Assembly (NCBI GenBank): GCA_047495785.1 | Contig: JBLDXI010000059.1 | Coordinates: 1-64,000, forward strand | Source: Lepidodermella squamata | Taxonomy: Eukaryota; Animalia; Gastrotricha | DNA: 64,000 nt | Direction of reading: 5' to 3' | Shown: positions 53,635-64,000 of the stretch, one piece after another | Layout of the letters: the number at the start of each line of letters is the position of its first letter | Position numbering within the stretch: position 1 is the first letter of the stretch | Position numbers and translations under genes: made by a program | Notes under the pieces: model-generated | Database searches by the model: none | What the model saw: only the letters and a program-made list of their open reading frames with translations | Told to the model about the DNA's origin: nothing

Positions 53635-54370
53635 ATGGCGAGGCCCTTATTGTTCGCAGTTGTCATCGCATCTTTTGGCTATATTTCCGCTCAATCGGAT
53701 ACTACTCAAACGTTACCAGAGGGAACGACAGTGGCAACGACCAAAGCAGCCGATGTGCGGCCCGAATTATGCTTTCAAAGTCCTCCTAGAGCAAAATGCG
53801 TAGATAATACTACAGTCAAGAAATATTTCACCTACAATGCGACGGCTAACGAATGCGTGACTTATAACTACGTTAGTTTAAAATCACTTAAATATTCAAC
53901 TAGAATGCGAGATAGTAGGCGTTTTTGTGAAGGCGCTAATAGACTATTACACGCTAAAAGTGTCCGACTTATTGCAAATAAATATTTTGATCGCCAAAAA
54001 TCATCAAAAATCACCAAAATTTGGTAATAAATCGGCAATCGCCTTTTATACACACCTATTTCTCAAATATGTCAGATTTCCAACTGATTTTCAATCGTCG
54101 AATTCCATGGGGGTTTTTTTCAAAAAATATACCCTATCCTACGCTAATATTGTTTTCTCTAAAAATCAGGGATGCGGACCAATGATAAACATTTTCAAAT
54201 CGAAGGACGCCTGCGAAGAGATGTGCTGGCTAGATGTTGATGGTTACTACTCGGACGATGACAGCAATGACGAATATGGCAATGATGATGATGATGATGA
54301 CGACGATTATTACTACTATTACGATGAGGATAATGATAAGGACAGCAAAAAGAAAAACAAGGGACATTAA
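53635..54370 (+). CDS. Secreted Kunitz/BPTI-domain protein with Asp/Tyr-rich tail (intron 53872-54169)
   Basis: Signal peptide and six Cys after splicing: CFQ..KC..YFTYNATANECVTYNY|GCGPMINIFKSKDACEEMC. Confidence 0.85.
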
Positions 54371-55064
54371 ACCTGCCAGTCCTCCAGGCGCACAATACCC
54401 AATATATATCGGCTCTCCAATAAAATTCAGTAAATATTATTTAAGATGTATTCGAACTTTTAAATCGATAAAGAAAAGGTTGATAACTTATTTTTTGATC
54501 AATAAAACCGCTGAGGTTTTTCCAACTCGGAAATTATTAAATTAAAGGAGAAAATTTCGCGACCTCGAGTACCTAATGCTTTATTTATAGGTGTCAATCA
54601 TATCTATAGCGACGTACCTATCCCTCACCAGGATAACAACCTAAGAATTCAAAAATCGCTAGCAATATTCGCTCGATAAACGCACCGAGGGCGACAATGC
54701 AACGACGTCATTTGCGCGAAGAAAAATACCGAATATGTTTGAATTCAGCTTTGTCGTATAAAATTGCTTGATTTATCTGATGCGTTTTCTCCTCAAAGGT
54801 TTTTTCGATTCAGGAACTGTGAGCTTGTGAAGTCACTTTGCTCTTCTTCTATTGTTATTGATGTGAACTTATATACAGTGTATTGGAAAGTTAAGACAAA
54901 CTGTAACGCCTTGCCTTTTTAATAACAATCAGCGAATCGTTAAAACAATTCAGCTGTACTAGAATAAGTATACATTTTCGCACAGGTTTCAAGTACTGGT
55001 TGTATCATTGATCACATATAGTTCGTAAAAATGGAACTATGGGCATCCCATATTCCGTTCCAAA

Positions 55065-55364
55065 TCAGAAGCATTCGCATACGTTGGAAAATTCGTTAAA
55101 GTCGTGTGACATTTCGAGTCCACCGCAGTATTCTTGGCAGTCTTCGGCGGTACTGATCGACCAAGACATCGATTGAGACGGCTTCAGACATTCGCAGTTA
55201 TTTTCATCACCCATATCCGGCTCGTGGGGGCCAAAGTAATTCGGCTCAAGTTTGCGCGATTTGCAAAATCGGTTGCAAGCAGCTTCATTTTTAGCTATCG
55301 TTCCGATTGCGTCAACCGAGAAGACAACAACTGCCAAAACAGCTACAACTGACAGAGCTCTCAT
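55065..55364 (-). CDS. Small secreted Cys-rich protein with two CxxxC...CxC repeats
   Basis: Signal peptide MRALSVVAVLAVVVFSVDA, then CNRFC...CEC and CQEYC...CEC. Confidence 0.75.
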   Translation of the reverse strand: MRALSVVAVLAVVVFSVDAIGTIAKNEAACNRFCKSRKLEPNYFGPHEPDMGDENNCECLKPSQSMSWSISTAEDCQEYCGGLEMSHDFNEFSNVCECF

Positions 55365-55850
55365 CGTTCAAAAACTGGAACTGAATGATTTTAACTTCGC
55401 GTGAGAATTAACGCCTGAATATCAGTTTACGATAGCGAATGATAGCTTTATTTTTCCTTGATCGCGGCTATATATACTCAGAATTTTATATTTAATTACG
55501 GAGGGAGCGTAGCGTGATAATTTCTCAGGGAATTCAGGATGGAGAAACCACTGATTACATCCGCAATGAGATCATTTTTTCGCGTGCGTAGTTAGGTGGC
55601 CAGTGCCACAACACACAAGAGAATGTTGCGAATCGAATTGTCCGCAGTCTAGAGTTTGTAATACAACAGCAGCGCGTAAACCTGTTATTTCACACCTTGA
55701 TTGTTTTATTTTTTTGATAACGAATCCTGGGTGCTATCAGATCGGAATAGCACTTAGCACAGATGAGTAATATGTAACATATTCCCATGTCTACATTAGC
55801 ATGCGGGAGAGAGAGAGAGTTCGGCTATCCAGGAAATTAAATTTGCCGAT

Positions 55851-56177
55851 TCAAAAGACGCTTCTGGGACGCTCACCTTTCCGCGGTGATGTTGCCTTAT
55901 TTCGCCGATTATCTGGTAAACCGCCGGGGATTCTTTTGCTGAGTAACAACCGTGAATCCAAGTAATCTTCGTTATCTTTATCCACCTCCTCGATGAACTT
56001 GTAGAAGATGTCACGTTCGTCTTCGGTGTCGTGGGTCGAGCACGGAGTTTCCTCCTCGACTTCTGCCGCCGTAGCAGTAGAATTAGACTCTTCGGTAGAT
56101 TGCGCTGCAATCATTGCGATGCATATGAAGAAGGCAAACACGCCGAAAAACATGGCAGAAAAGAATCGAAACTGCAT
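55851..56177 (-). CDS. Putative secreted prepropeptide (acidic pro-region, KR site, basic mature peptide)
   Basis: Hydrophobic leader, Glu/Asp-rich spacer, then KR followed by IPGGLPDNRRNKATSPRKGERPRSVF. Confidence 0.55.
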   Translation of the reverse strand: MQFRFFSAMFFGVFAFFICIAMIAAQSTEESNSTATAAEVEEETPCSTHDTEDERDIFYKFIEEVDKDNEDYLDSRLLLSKRIPGGLPDNRRNKATSPRKGERPRSVF

Positions 56178-56747
56178 TATTGCCACGAGAGTATAATCGT
56201 TGTTGAGAATTAATTCGACATTGTAACCCAAGGCAGCCGCTACTACAGTCAGTAGAGTCAAATGCAAGCGGGCCAGTGCGTGGCTGTAAGTGCTAGTCGA
56301 TAAAGTTTCGAAATCAGAGTGGGCGGCAAGTTGAAGGTTTTTGACATATTTTCTTGTCAAAATGAGCAAGGCGTCAATAATATTCACATATGTGGTCGAT
56401 TTAAATTAATTTTACATCGGGTCAAGGATCGCATTTAGCAGTAATGGAATTGTTTCCCCGCGACAAATAAATTACAATAGAAGCACGAAATAGAACAGGC
56501 TTCCGATTTTCCGCCAATCTTCATCTTTGCTTATTGTTCTTACTCTTCAAAAAGTCTTTTCTTCCACTCTCGTATCTTCCCTTTCTTCTTCCAATAGCTA
56601 AGAGCTAAAGAACTGGAAAGTGGACACTAAAAGTCAGGAAAAAACTGAGGATTTGAAAGAAACACCAATTTTTTATTTTCAACGGGCTCATCATTATGTA
56701 ATTAAGTTAGAGGAATATTTGCGTGCATTAATTTTATTGTTTTTTTT

Positions 56748-57110
56748 TCAAATTAAACTTGGCTTTTGTTTCGAGCCACGTTCGTAGTGCGCGTTGTTGG
56801 TTGACTTCAACGCTCCATGGGCATGCTTTCTGTGATCCATGGTGTAAGCGCGATGAGAGTCGAGCTTCGGAGAGCCAAATGGTCGAATGCGGGTTATGGC
56901 ATTTCGTCGTTGGACGGCTATTAGAGGAAACTCTGCTAGAAGGCTGGCTTCGTCGAAAAAATCATTCTGATCAGGTTCTCCTGATAAAAGACCATGTTGA
57001 AGAGATGCATCTTGTCCCTGAACGTTGTTGTACGTATCAGCAGCTACCCAGAAGGCAGTGGCAGCGCTGCAAAGATAACCAAAGACTAGGAATAGGGTTG
57101 CGAACTTCAT
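56748..57110 (-). CDS. Putative secreted prepropeptide (RR site, basic/His-rich C-terminus)
   Basis: Signal peptide MKFATLFLVFGYLCSAATA, acidic spacer, QRR cleavage site. Confidence 0.6.
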   Translation of the reverse strand: MKFATLFLVFGYLCSAATAFWVAADTYNNVQGQDASLQHGLLSGEPDQNDFFDEASLLAEFPLIAVQRRNAITRIRPFGSPKLDSHRAYTMDHRKHAHGALKSTNNAHYERGSKQKPSLI

Positions 57111-57794
57111 CTTACAAACTGAAGAGAGTAACGGCTTGTGCCAAAACTAACTCCTATTTATCGAAAAAGCTCCGCATGTCAATTGTCAATCGCTAACCGA
57201 GTTAAAATCCCATTTGGGCTTTCAGGGAAATCACACTAATGGCTCGGCCCCAGGCGTTCTCGTTCGTGTTTGGCAAGTCATCGTCGGGTAATTTTTTTTA
57301 TGATTTAACAAAATGATCGTAAACAGAGTTTTTAATCTCAACTGACTCATCATGAAGCGCGGGATCAATAAAAACTAGTTAGCGTCAGGCATTATTAACT
57401 GCTGCAATGATCCGCATCGGTTACCATGGCAAAACGCGCAGGTTATATCGCTCTTTGATGGTGATTAGTGTGATTTATACGCGCCTCGGTACCTCGTAAT
57501 ATATATTTCAACTCCGGCTAATGGTGTATGAAGAGCACTGGTAATAAAACAAGCGCGGAGCCGGGTGCCGCTCGGTGCGTCTGAACGAGACGGGTTTGTT
57601 GAAAGAAGCGCGGGTATATATGGTGTTTACAGCGCCGTGATTGTAAAAATCACGTATCTACAAAAGATAGTTTTAGCTACTTTATTAACCAAAAAAGCCG
57701 GGTTTGTGTCCGAACATAAACCGCCAGAAAATATCGCGCCCGATCGAGTTTACTTCGCCGGGCGTAGCATTGCACCACATAAACCGGATCAGGC

Positions 57795-59170
57795 ATGCAG
57801 ATTCCCGCTTTTTGGCTATTGATAGCCATTTGTCATGCGACGGCTATCGGGCGCACGGTAGCTGATTTCAGTAACGAATCTAGTACATTTTTGAAGCAGC
57901 GCTACACCAGCGCAGACAAATCTCATGACGATGACTGGTGCGAGTCTTTAGCTGATAAATGCCCCTATCTCAGATCCACTACCGCTCGACCCGCATCACG
58001 AGCCGACATTCCAGTTCGTGTTTCTGTCGACTTCTGGCCGACCAATTTTATCGGAATTGATGACCGAGAACAACAGTGAGTAATACTTCCTTCGCGCTGA
58101 TTTTCCAACATTTTGCCCATCAGGTTTTCAATACAGGGCACATTTTGGTTTACTTGGGAGCTTCCATTTTGTGCCAGGTGGAGCAATCCGTCAATGAAAT
58201 TTGACGAAAGGCAGATGCAGGATATGGAAGGCTACGAATTGCCGGTCAACGAGAACATCACATGTTGCTTTTTCAATCGAAGCAGAATCTGGCACCCTCC
58301 AGTCAGGCACTACAACGCAATGATCGATCCTGATGTTTTTGAAAAGTGAGGTCGTCTGATGTATCTGACCTGCAGTAAAATTCGATTATTTTTCAATAGG
58401 CAAGGTCGTCATGATGTTCGAGTTGATTCCCGAGGAGTCGCTTACTGGCGTGTTAGTCACCGCTTTGACTCCTCGTGTTCTCTGGAGTTTGACAAGTAAG
58501 CGATCTCTGGTAATGATTTACAATAGCGTGACAAGAACTGATGATCCTTAGATTCCCGTTCGACGTTCAGTCATGCGCAATCGAGGTGATAGTCCTCGGC
58601 GAGTATGGTTTCATTTTTGAAGAAGCCGAGGCAGGGCAAAATGATCGGCTATTCGACAACAGCATCTGGGAGTTCCGGAACGTTACTACGACGCTGACTG
58701 ATAACAACTCACTAATGCTGATAACTTACACTATGGCTCGAAAATTCGAGTCTTATGTAGGCACCGTCTTCTTGCCCACGGCTCTCCTCGCCGTTTTGCA
58801 GCTTTTCTCCTTAACCATGGCACCTGATTTACCCGATCGAAGCACCATTTCCATGACTGTCTTTCTCGCACTCGCCGTTGAACTGTCCATGTTCTCTAAC
58901 TTTTTACCCATCACCCCTAACCTGCTTTACATCACCATATACTTTCAATTTCAAATGACTGTCGCCGTAGTGATAACTGTTTACTGCTTGGTTATCAGTC
59001 GCCTGCTTGGCCATTGGCCCGGTCTTAGCGAAAACTTCACCTACAGAGGCCGCGAGGTGATATCGCGGAAGCTGCGCCTTGTTGACTTCCTTGACATTGT
59101 CGTTTTTGTGATTGCGCTAATCCTATCGCTTCTAGCCAGTCTCTTTTTCTACATCAAACTTCTGACCTGA
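57795..59170 (+). CDS. Divergent Cys-loop ligand-gated ion channel subunit (4 exons)
   Basis: Introns 58076-58123, 58346-58399 and 58496-58551 give signal peptide, RP, IWHP, Cys-loop CSLEFDKFPFDVQSC and four TM segments. Confidence 0.9.
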
Positions 59171-59237
59171 AAGTGAGAATATAATTTATTGTGAATAACC
59201 ATGATCAACCACAAAATAAATAATGTGAATTTGAGTG

Positions 59238-60284
59238 TTATGCTTTCAATAATTCAACGTCATTCGCCACCATATCCTCAACGAGCTGTTTGAAGGTGAG
59301 TCTTGGTCGCCAGTTCAGCTCACGAAGGGCTTTCCCAGGATCCCCAACGTAGCTCACGGCCAACGCATTTATCTGCGAAGACGCATTAGACCTTCGAATT
59401 CTCACTGTATTGGTAGATCGCTCGAAAGCAACTTCATCAGACCCACTACCACGCCACTCGAGTGATCTTCCTACACTTTCAAACGCAAGCGAGCAAAACT
59501 CCCGGATAGTATGGCTCTCGCCAGTTGCTAACAGAAATTCGTCTGGTTTCTTGTGTTGTAAAATCGCCCACATTGCCTCAACAAAGTCCTTGGCGTAACC
59601 CCAGTCGAGCGAGCTGTGGAAATTAACCATTTCAAAAGACGTGAGTAGACCCAAGTGAATTTTGGCAGTTGAAATCGACATTTTCCTCGATGCAAAACAG
59701 GGCAACCTTCGAGGCGATTCGTGGTTGAAACAAATAGCATTTGCGGCGAACATCCCGTAACTATCGCGATACAAACGACTCAGCCAAAATGTCACTAGCT
59801 TAGACAGGCCATATATTGACCGTGGTCGGTGAGGTGTTTCTTCGTTGATTCGCTTTACGGATCCAGGAGCTGCACTGATATCAAAAAAGACTGAAGTTGT
59901 TATCTGGAAGATCCGGCACGAGTCGGTGAGTCCAAGAATGCGGACAGCCTCGATCAGGCGTAGGTAACCAGAGCTGTTGATGTCAGTTGTGTATATTGGG
60001 ATGGCGGACGAGACGTCTTGCTGACTTTGAGCAGCCAGATTGTAGATTTCGTGCGGGCGAGTCAGTGAAATTATGCGGCACAGGGATGAGAAATCTGCCA
60101 AATCTCCATAATGAAGCGTCACATCTTTCAGGGATTTTTGGATGAGGTGTAGTTGGTGAGGGATCGAACTGGAATAACGCACAACACCATGTATCTCGTA
60201 TCCCTTTTTCGTCAGTAATTCAAGCAGGTAAGATCCATCTTGTCCCGTTATACCCGTGATGAGAGCAACTTTTTTCGTATTCAT
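59238..60284 (-). CDS. gmd: GDP-mannose 4,6-dehydratase homolog (divergent)
   Basis: ALITGITGQDGSYL, YNLAAQS, YGLSK, FNHESPRR and DWGYAKD motifs. Intronless. Confidence 0.9.
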   Translation of the reverse strand: MNTKKVALITGITGQDGSYLLELLTKKGYEIHGVVRYSSSIPHQLHLIQKSLKDVTLHYGDLADFSSLCRIISLTRPHEIYNLAAQSQQDVSSAIPIYTTDINSSGYLRLIEAVRILGLTDSCRIFQITTSVFFDISAAPGSVKRINEETPHRPRSIYGLSKLVTFWLSRLYRDSYGMFAANAICFNHESPRRLPCFASRKMSISTAKIHLGLLTSFEMVNFHSSLDWGYAKDFVEAMWAILQHKKPDEFLLATGESHTIREFCSLAFESVGRSLEWRGSGSDEVAFERSTNTVRIRRSNASSQINALAVSYVGDPGKALRELNWRPRLTFKQLVEDMVANDVELLKA

Positions 60285-61238
60285 GTTGCATGTATAAATT
60301 CATTGCGCTGATCTAATCATTTCGAACTACCCTCGTGAAAACAATCCAAGGAATGAGTAGACGAAACAACACGACAACTTGAAGGAGTGTCTCAGCAGCA
60401 GTAGCATGGTAGCCAAACGATCGTCATGATGTGACAACACTTTATGGCTTTATTAAGACCCGAGCCGTTTTTACAATCGTTTCTTAGCATTTACTTGCTT
60501 TTACTCTCGGGCAGAAAACGTCTCGTTTATAAGTCTTTCGCCTATTGTGTCTCTATTACTGGTTAAGAAAGGAGGACGGTAGATTCAAGGTGCTGATTTG
60601 CGATGATTTCAGGACGCCAGTTGAATAATTCGCCCGCCAACTTTCGAAACGCAGCTAGCCAATTGTGATAGCAGAAAGAATTGAGAGAAAATTTGCCCAT
60701 TTCTAAACCCGGGATTTGTCTGTTGACCGGTGTTGGATTCAAGATTTTGGCAATTGACAATGTTATGTACCCAGGCCTATTCGACCGCGGCTGTGTAAGC
60801 CATAGTAGCCCAACTTTCCAAATGCCACTTTGCACTCATTTTTTAATTAAATTGGAAGCCTCCACTTTTAGGAGAAATACATTGAAAGGTATGTTAATTG
60901 AGTGATAATAAAAGTCGAAAATAAAATTCGGCGTGGCAAATGACTTTAACTCCGCTGACTGAGAGGTATATGCATGGTACATGCGATGAACATTTATGAG
61001 TACCAAAGGTCATGTTTCATTTCTTTTTTTTAAATCAAGTGACTACGCATAAATAAAAAAAACAAGAACTTACGTCATCATCAGCTAACAGAGCAAACAC
61101 GATCAGAATGAGTTTATTTTCACGTGAATAAAGCCTGAGCAAACAACATGAAATCGCTTGCTTAAATAGTGCGCAAAAAGTCAACTGCCGGATACTTTCT
61201 CACGAGAGCGCTATATCGTATTAGCTGAACCAAGTGTG

Positions 61239-62743
61239 ATGGCACTATCTGCCGTCAAAATCGGAATTTTTCGCTCACGGCCAATCGAATTTATTCTGTT
61301 TTCCTGGGTCGTAGTTGCCATATGCTGGTTTTCCACCGACTTAAAAACTACACCATGTCATCATGTACGTTTCAAAGCCGAACGCAGCTCGTACTTCGAG
61401 AAAGAGTGCCGCATGTATTGGAGAGAGAATGATTGCGCAAATGTTCTCGCCAATTCAAGTGATTCGGGCGGACACGACTGGCCAGTGACACTAGCCGGTG
61501 ACTCGGACAGTCTTATAGACTTCCACAATGTTTTGCTCATTATCTATTACAACATTCCCCATTTCGAAACTGCAGCAAAACTCGACGCGATATATCGGCG
61601 AAACTTTGCTGACATTGTTTATTGTGCTTCGGATCCACCTGAAGACTTCTGGCCAAGAAAGCGAGAGACAAATGATGAATTCCCCATGTATGCTCTTCCC
61701 CAAAACACGCTGTATGTGAACTACTCTTCAAGAACTTCCGTTAATGCAGGAGCTACCAATTACCATTGCTTACCATTAGCTCTGAAAGCAGTTGGCGATT
61801 TCAGCCGATACGACGGTGTACTTGTTTTGGCTGACGATGCGATTTTGAATTTTTGGAGTGCAGGCGTCTTCGGTAAAACGCTGTCGAAAAACTGGTTTCT
61901 TATGCCCGATCCTTTGACATTTTTTGACGCCGATACGGTAATACTCAGTAAATAGTAATAAGTTTCGATTTCATGTTGAATTTGTTATGTTAGGGTAACT
62001 TCTGCGATGGTCAGACTTCAATCAACGCAGAAGATTGTTGGCCAGAAAATAACGAATGGGTTTGGAGCGTGTATTATGCCAATGCTACTGGTCTGTTTTA
62101 TGACGAGCTCGAACAGATTGTCTCATCCGCTCCTTTGAAAGTTAACGGCAGAGAGCAGGAATATTACGGAGCACCCATAACATACTGGCAAAAGGTACAC
62201 GACTATCTGCTAAAGGAAGGCGGTGGCCCGCGACGGTTGCTTGGAGGGACTGCAACCGCAGATGCTTATTATATTACGAGGAAGTACGTGAAGGAATTCT
62301 TGCCGCTTCTGAATCTGTTTGCGGAGTAAGTGTTGCAATGACATGCGTTAACATCCGTCCACGTTTTCATTTCTATTAGGCATGGGGTTTGGTTAGAGAC
62401 AGCGGTCGGCACAGCAATGAAAGTTCTGACCGACCCTGATGATATTCAGTACATCGATACGTATGCCCATGACTCGTATTTCGGCATAGTTCGTGGAAAT
62501 CCGTTAGTGGAAGTTTACTCGCCGGGGCTTGAATTTATTCACCCGGTGAAAATGTCCTCAGTTTTGACAAATTCCCCTCGCCTTTCCAACATTAACCCAC
62601 CGTCAACAAAGTTGAAGTCTACCTTATATTCGTCGAATTTCCACAAACAAAACATAGAGATGGGTTCAACATCAACTGCGTGTGTTTATTGCAATGTAGT
62701 TTTCTTGGCAGAGCATTATTCACATGTCTTGCAAAAAAGATGA
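61239..62743 (+). CDS. STELLO-like (DUF288 family C-terminal region) type II membrane protein, 3 exons
   Basis: Introns 61938-61993 and 62326-62379. Motifs VLLIIYYN.P, YRRNF..IVYC, YHCL, DDAILNFW, DAYYI, WLETAV and HPVKMS. Confidence 0.7.
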
Positions 62744-64000
62744 ATATGACCGCAAAGCATTGTCGTTCGCTTTCCGGCTATTCATTTTCTTGTTATTCCG
62801 GTTTTTAATGTTAGTTACATGAAATAATGTTTATATGCGGGTACCGAAGCAATCGGTAGTTGTTAGCTGTAAACCGGCAAGTAAAATATTACATGAAAAA
62901 CGATATCCTTCTCCTTATAGCAGCTGATCAAAGTAAAGGAAGCGCAACCAACAATGCACCAGGATTCGCGGCGAGATTAGCGTCTAGTGTTGAAGAATGT
63001 GGTGGGGAAATCGAAGCGGGTCGATTCAAAGTCCTAACTTTACCCACATCGCCGCATTTGCCAGTGGAATATCGGAGTCCCAGACGGCCGTAGAATTCGG
63101 TTGAGATTCACAAATTTCAGCCTTGAATCGCATCAAAGGTGCATGTTCGATTTCGTTTACATGGAAATTCACCGATCAGCGCAGTTGATTGGTATATTCT
63201 GCGGCAATCAACTGCCTGACTATCGTCTATGAACAAAAAGTCAGTGGTTTTCAGCTCCGATTATTAGCGGTTGATTCTGGGCATTGTTCGATTCAATAGT
63301 TGGCTTCAATATTCAACCGGTTTTGGCAAACTCTCATCTGCTGTTCAACTGAAGCCCAAGTTATTTTCGCATCATTGAAATTAGAAATGGTGATTGACTT
63401 TTCTATCCCATTATTCAAATGTTTCATATCTTCCTTTGGCCATCGAATAGCCCTATATTAAGAATCATTGCAACCAGATTGAATAAAAGTTTAGCAACAA
63501 AATAGATTAATGCTACAACTCTCGATCCTCAGAGTAAAAAAAATCCTCAATTTGCGCACCTTCTTTCCATAGCTTCTTTGCTATAGCAGTTAAAACTGCC
63601 TGTTTACGTACCTCATCGCGAATTTTCTGCAGCTGTTTCAAGTTGTTTTTGTGCGGGTGGATAAGTAACTTCGGGGAGAACACCTCATCGTGGTAAAAAA
63701 CTGGCAGAAAAAATCGCGACAGCTAATATTAGCTAATCAAATAAGATGCTGCTGTGAAGATGCAGCCACCTATGATCAAGGAAAACTATCAACAGCAAAA
63801 TTGAGAGGACGAAAATTCGAAAGTAAACGGTTAAAGTTGAGAAATCACTGATAGATTCTTGTTGACTATTGGACTGAAATCCAAAACAATAATAGGAAAC
63901 TTTAGTTGTCAGTCCATCCTCAAAATGAGCTTAATAGCAACAATGTTGTTCCAATACCGGTCGCCCAGCCGTCCGACAAGCTCATATTTACATCAATTAC

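Noticed and set aside
55890-55950. CLE-like peptide mimic (KRIPGGLPD)
   Set aside because: Lacks the RxxPxGPxPxH(H/N) spacing and terminal His.
62860-64000. Possible minus-strand gene fragments at the right edge
   Set aside because: Some splice-like sites are present, but I could not assemble a stop-free frame or recognise any motif.

Overview
Eukaryotic (animal, invertebrate-like) genomic DNA with short GT-AG introns (about 40-60 nt). The taxon cannot be fixed from sequence alone. The window has two domains. (1) 1-52.6 kb is a co-oriented minus-strand array. It holds 12 copies (one cut by the window edge, one with a nonsense codon, one split by a 4.1-kb intron) of an unrecognised ~650-765 aa helical protein family with an N-terminal M(D/A)xxL(I/L)(F/Y)GxxxxPGS signature and a TPR-like repeat. 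Interleaved are four SOCS-box proteins, two ASH/PapD-like (Cep192/Spd-2-type) proteins, a stand-alone SANTA-domain (KNL-2/M18BP1-like) protein, a GT31 galactosyltransferase, an orphan 5-exon gene and a plus-strand tRNA-His. Nearly every gene has a T-rich splice acceptor just before its ATG, and several stop-to-start spacers are only 79-201 nt, which suggests SL trans-spliced operons. Inserted elements are an intact intron-containing DD35E Tc1 transposon, a TTAA MITE nested in a hairpin, a CACTA-like element carrying a tRNA-like Pol III cassette, and an antisense OB-fold-like gene inside the big intron. (2) 52.7-64 kb is a conventional mixed-strand region with a Kunitz protein with an Asp/Tyr tail, small secreted peptides, a divergent Cys-loop receptor, a GDP-mannose dehydratase homolog lacking its catalytic Glu, and a STELLO-like protein. 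The best candidate for an undescribed system is the polycistronic TPR-helical/SOCS-box/ASH/SANTA array. Its function is inference only.
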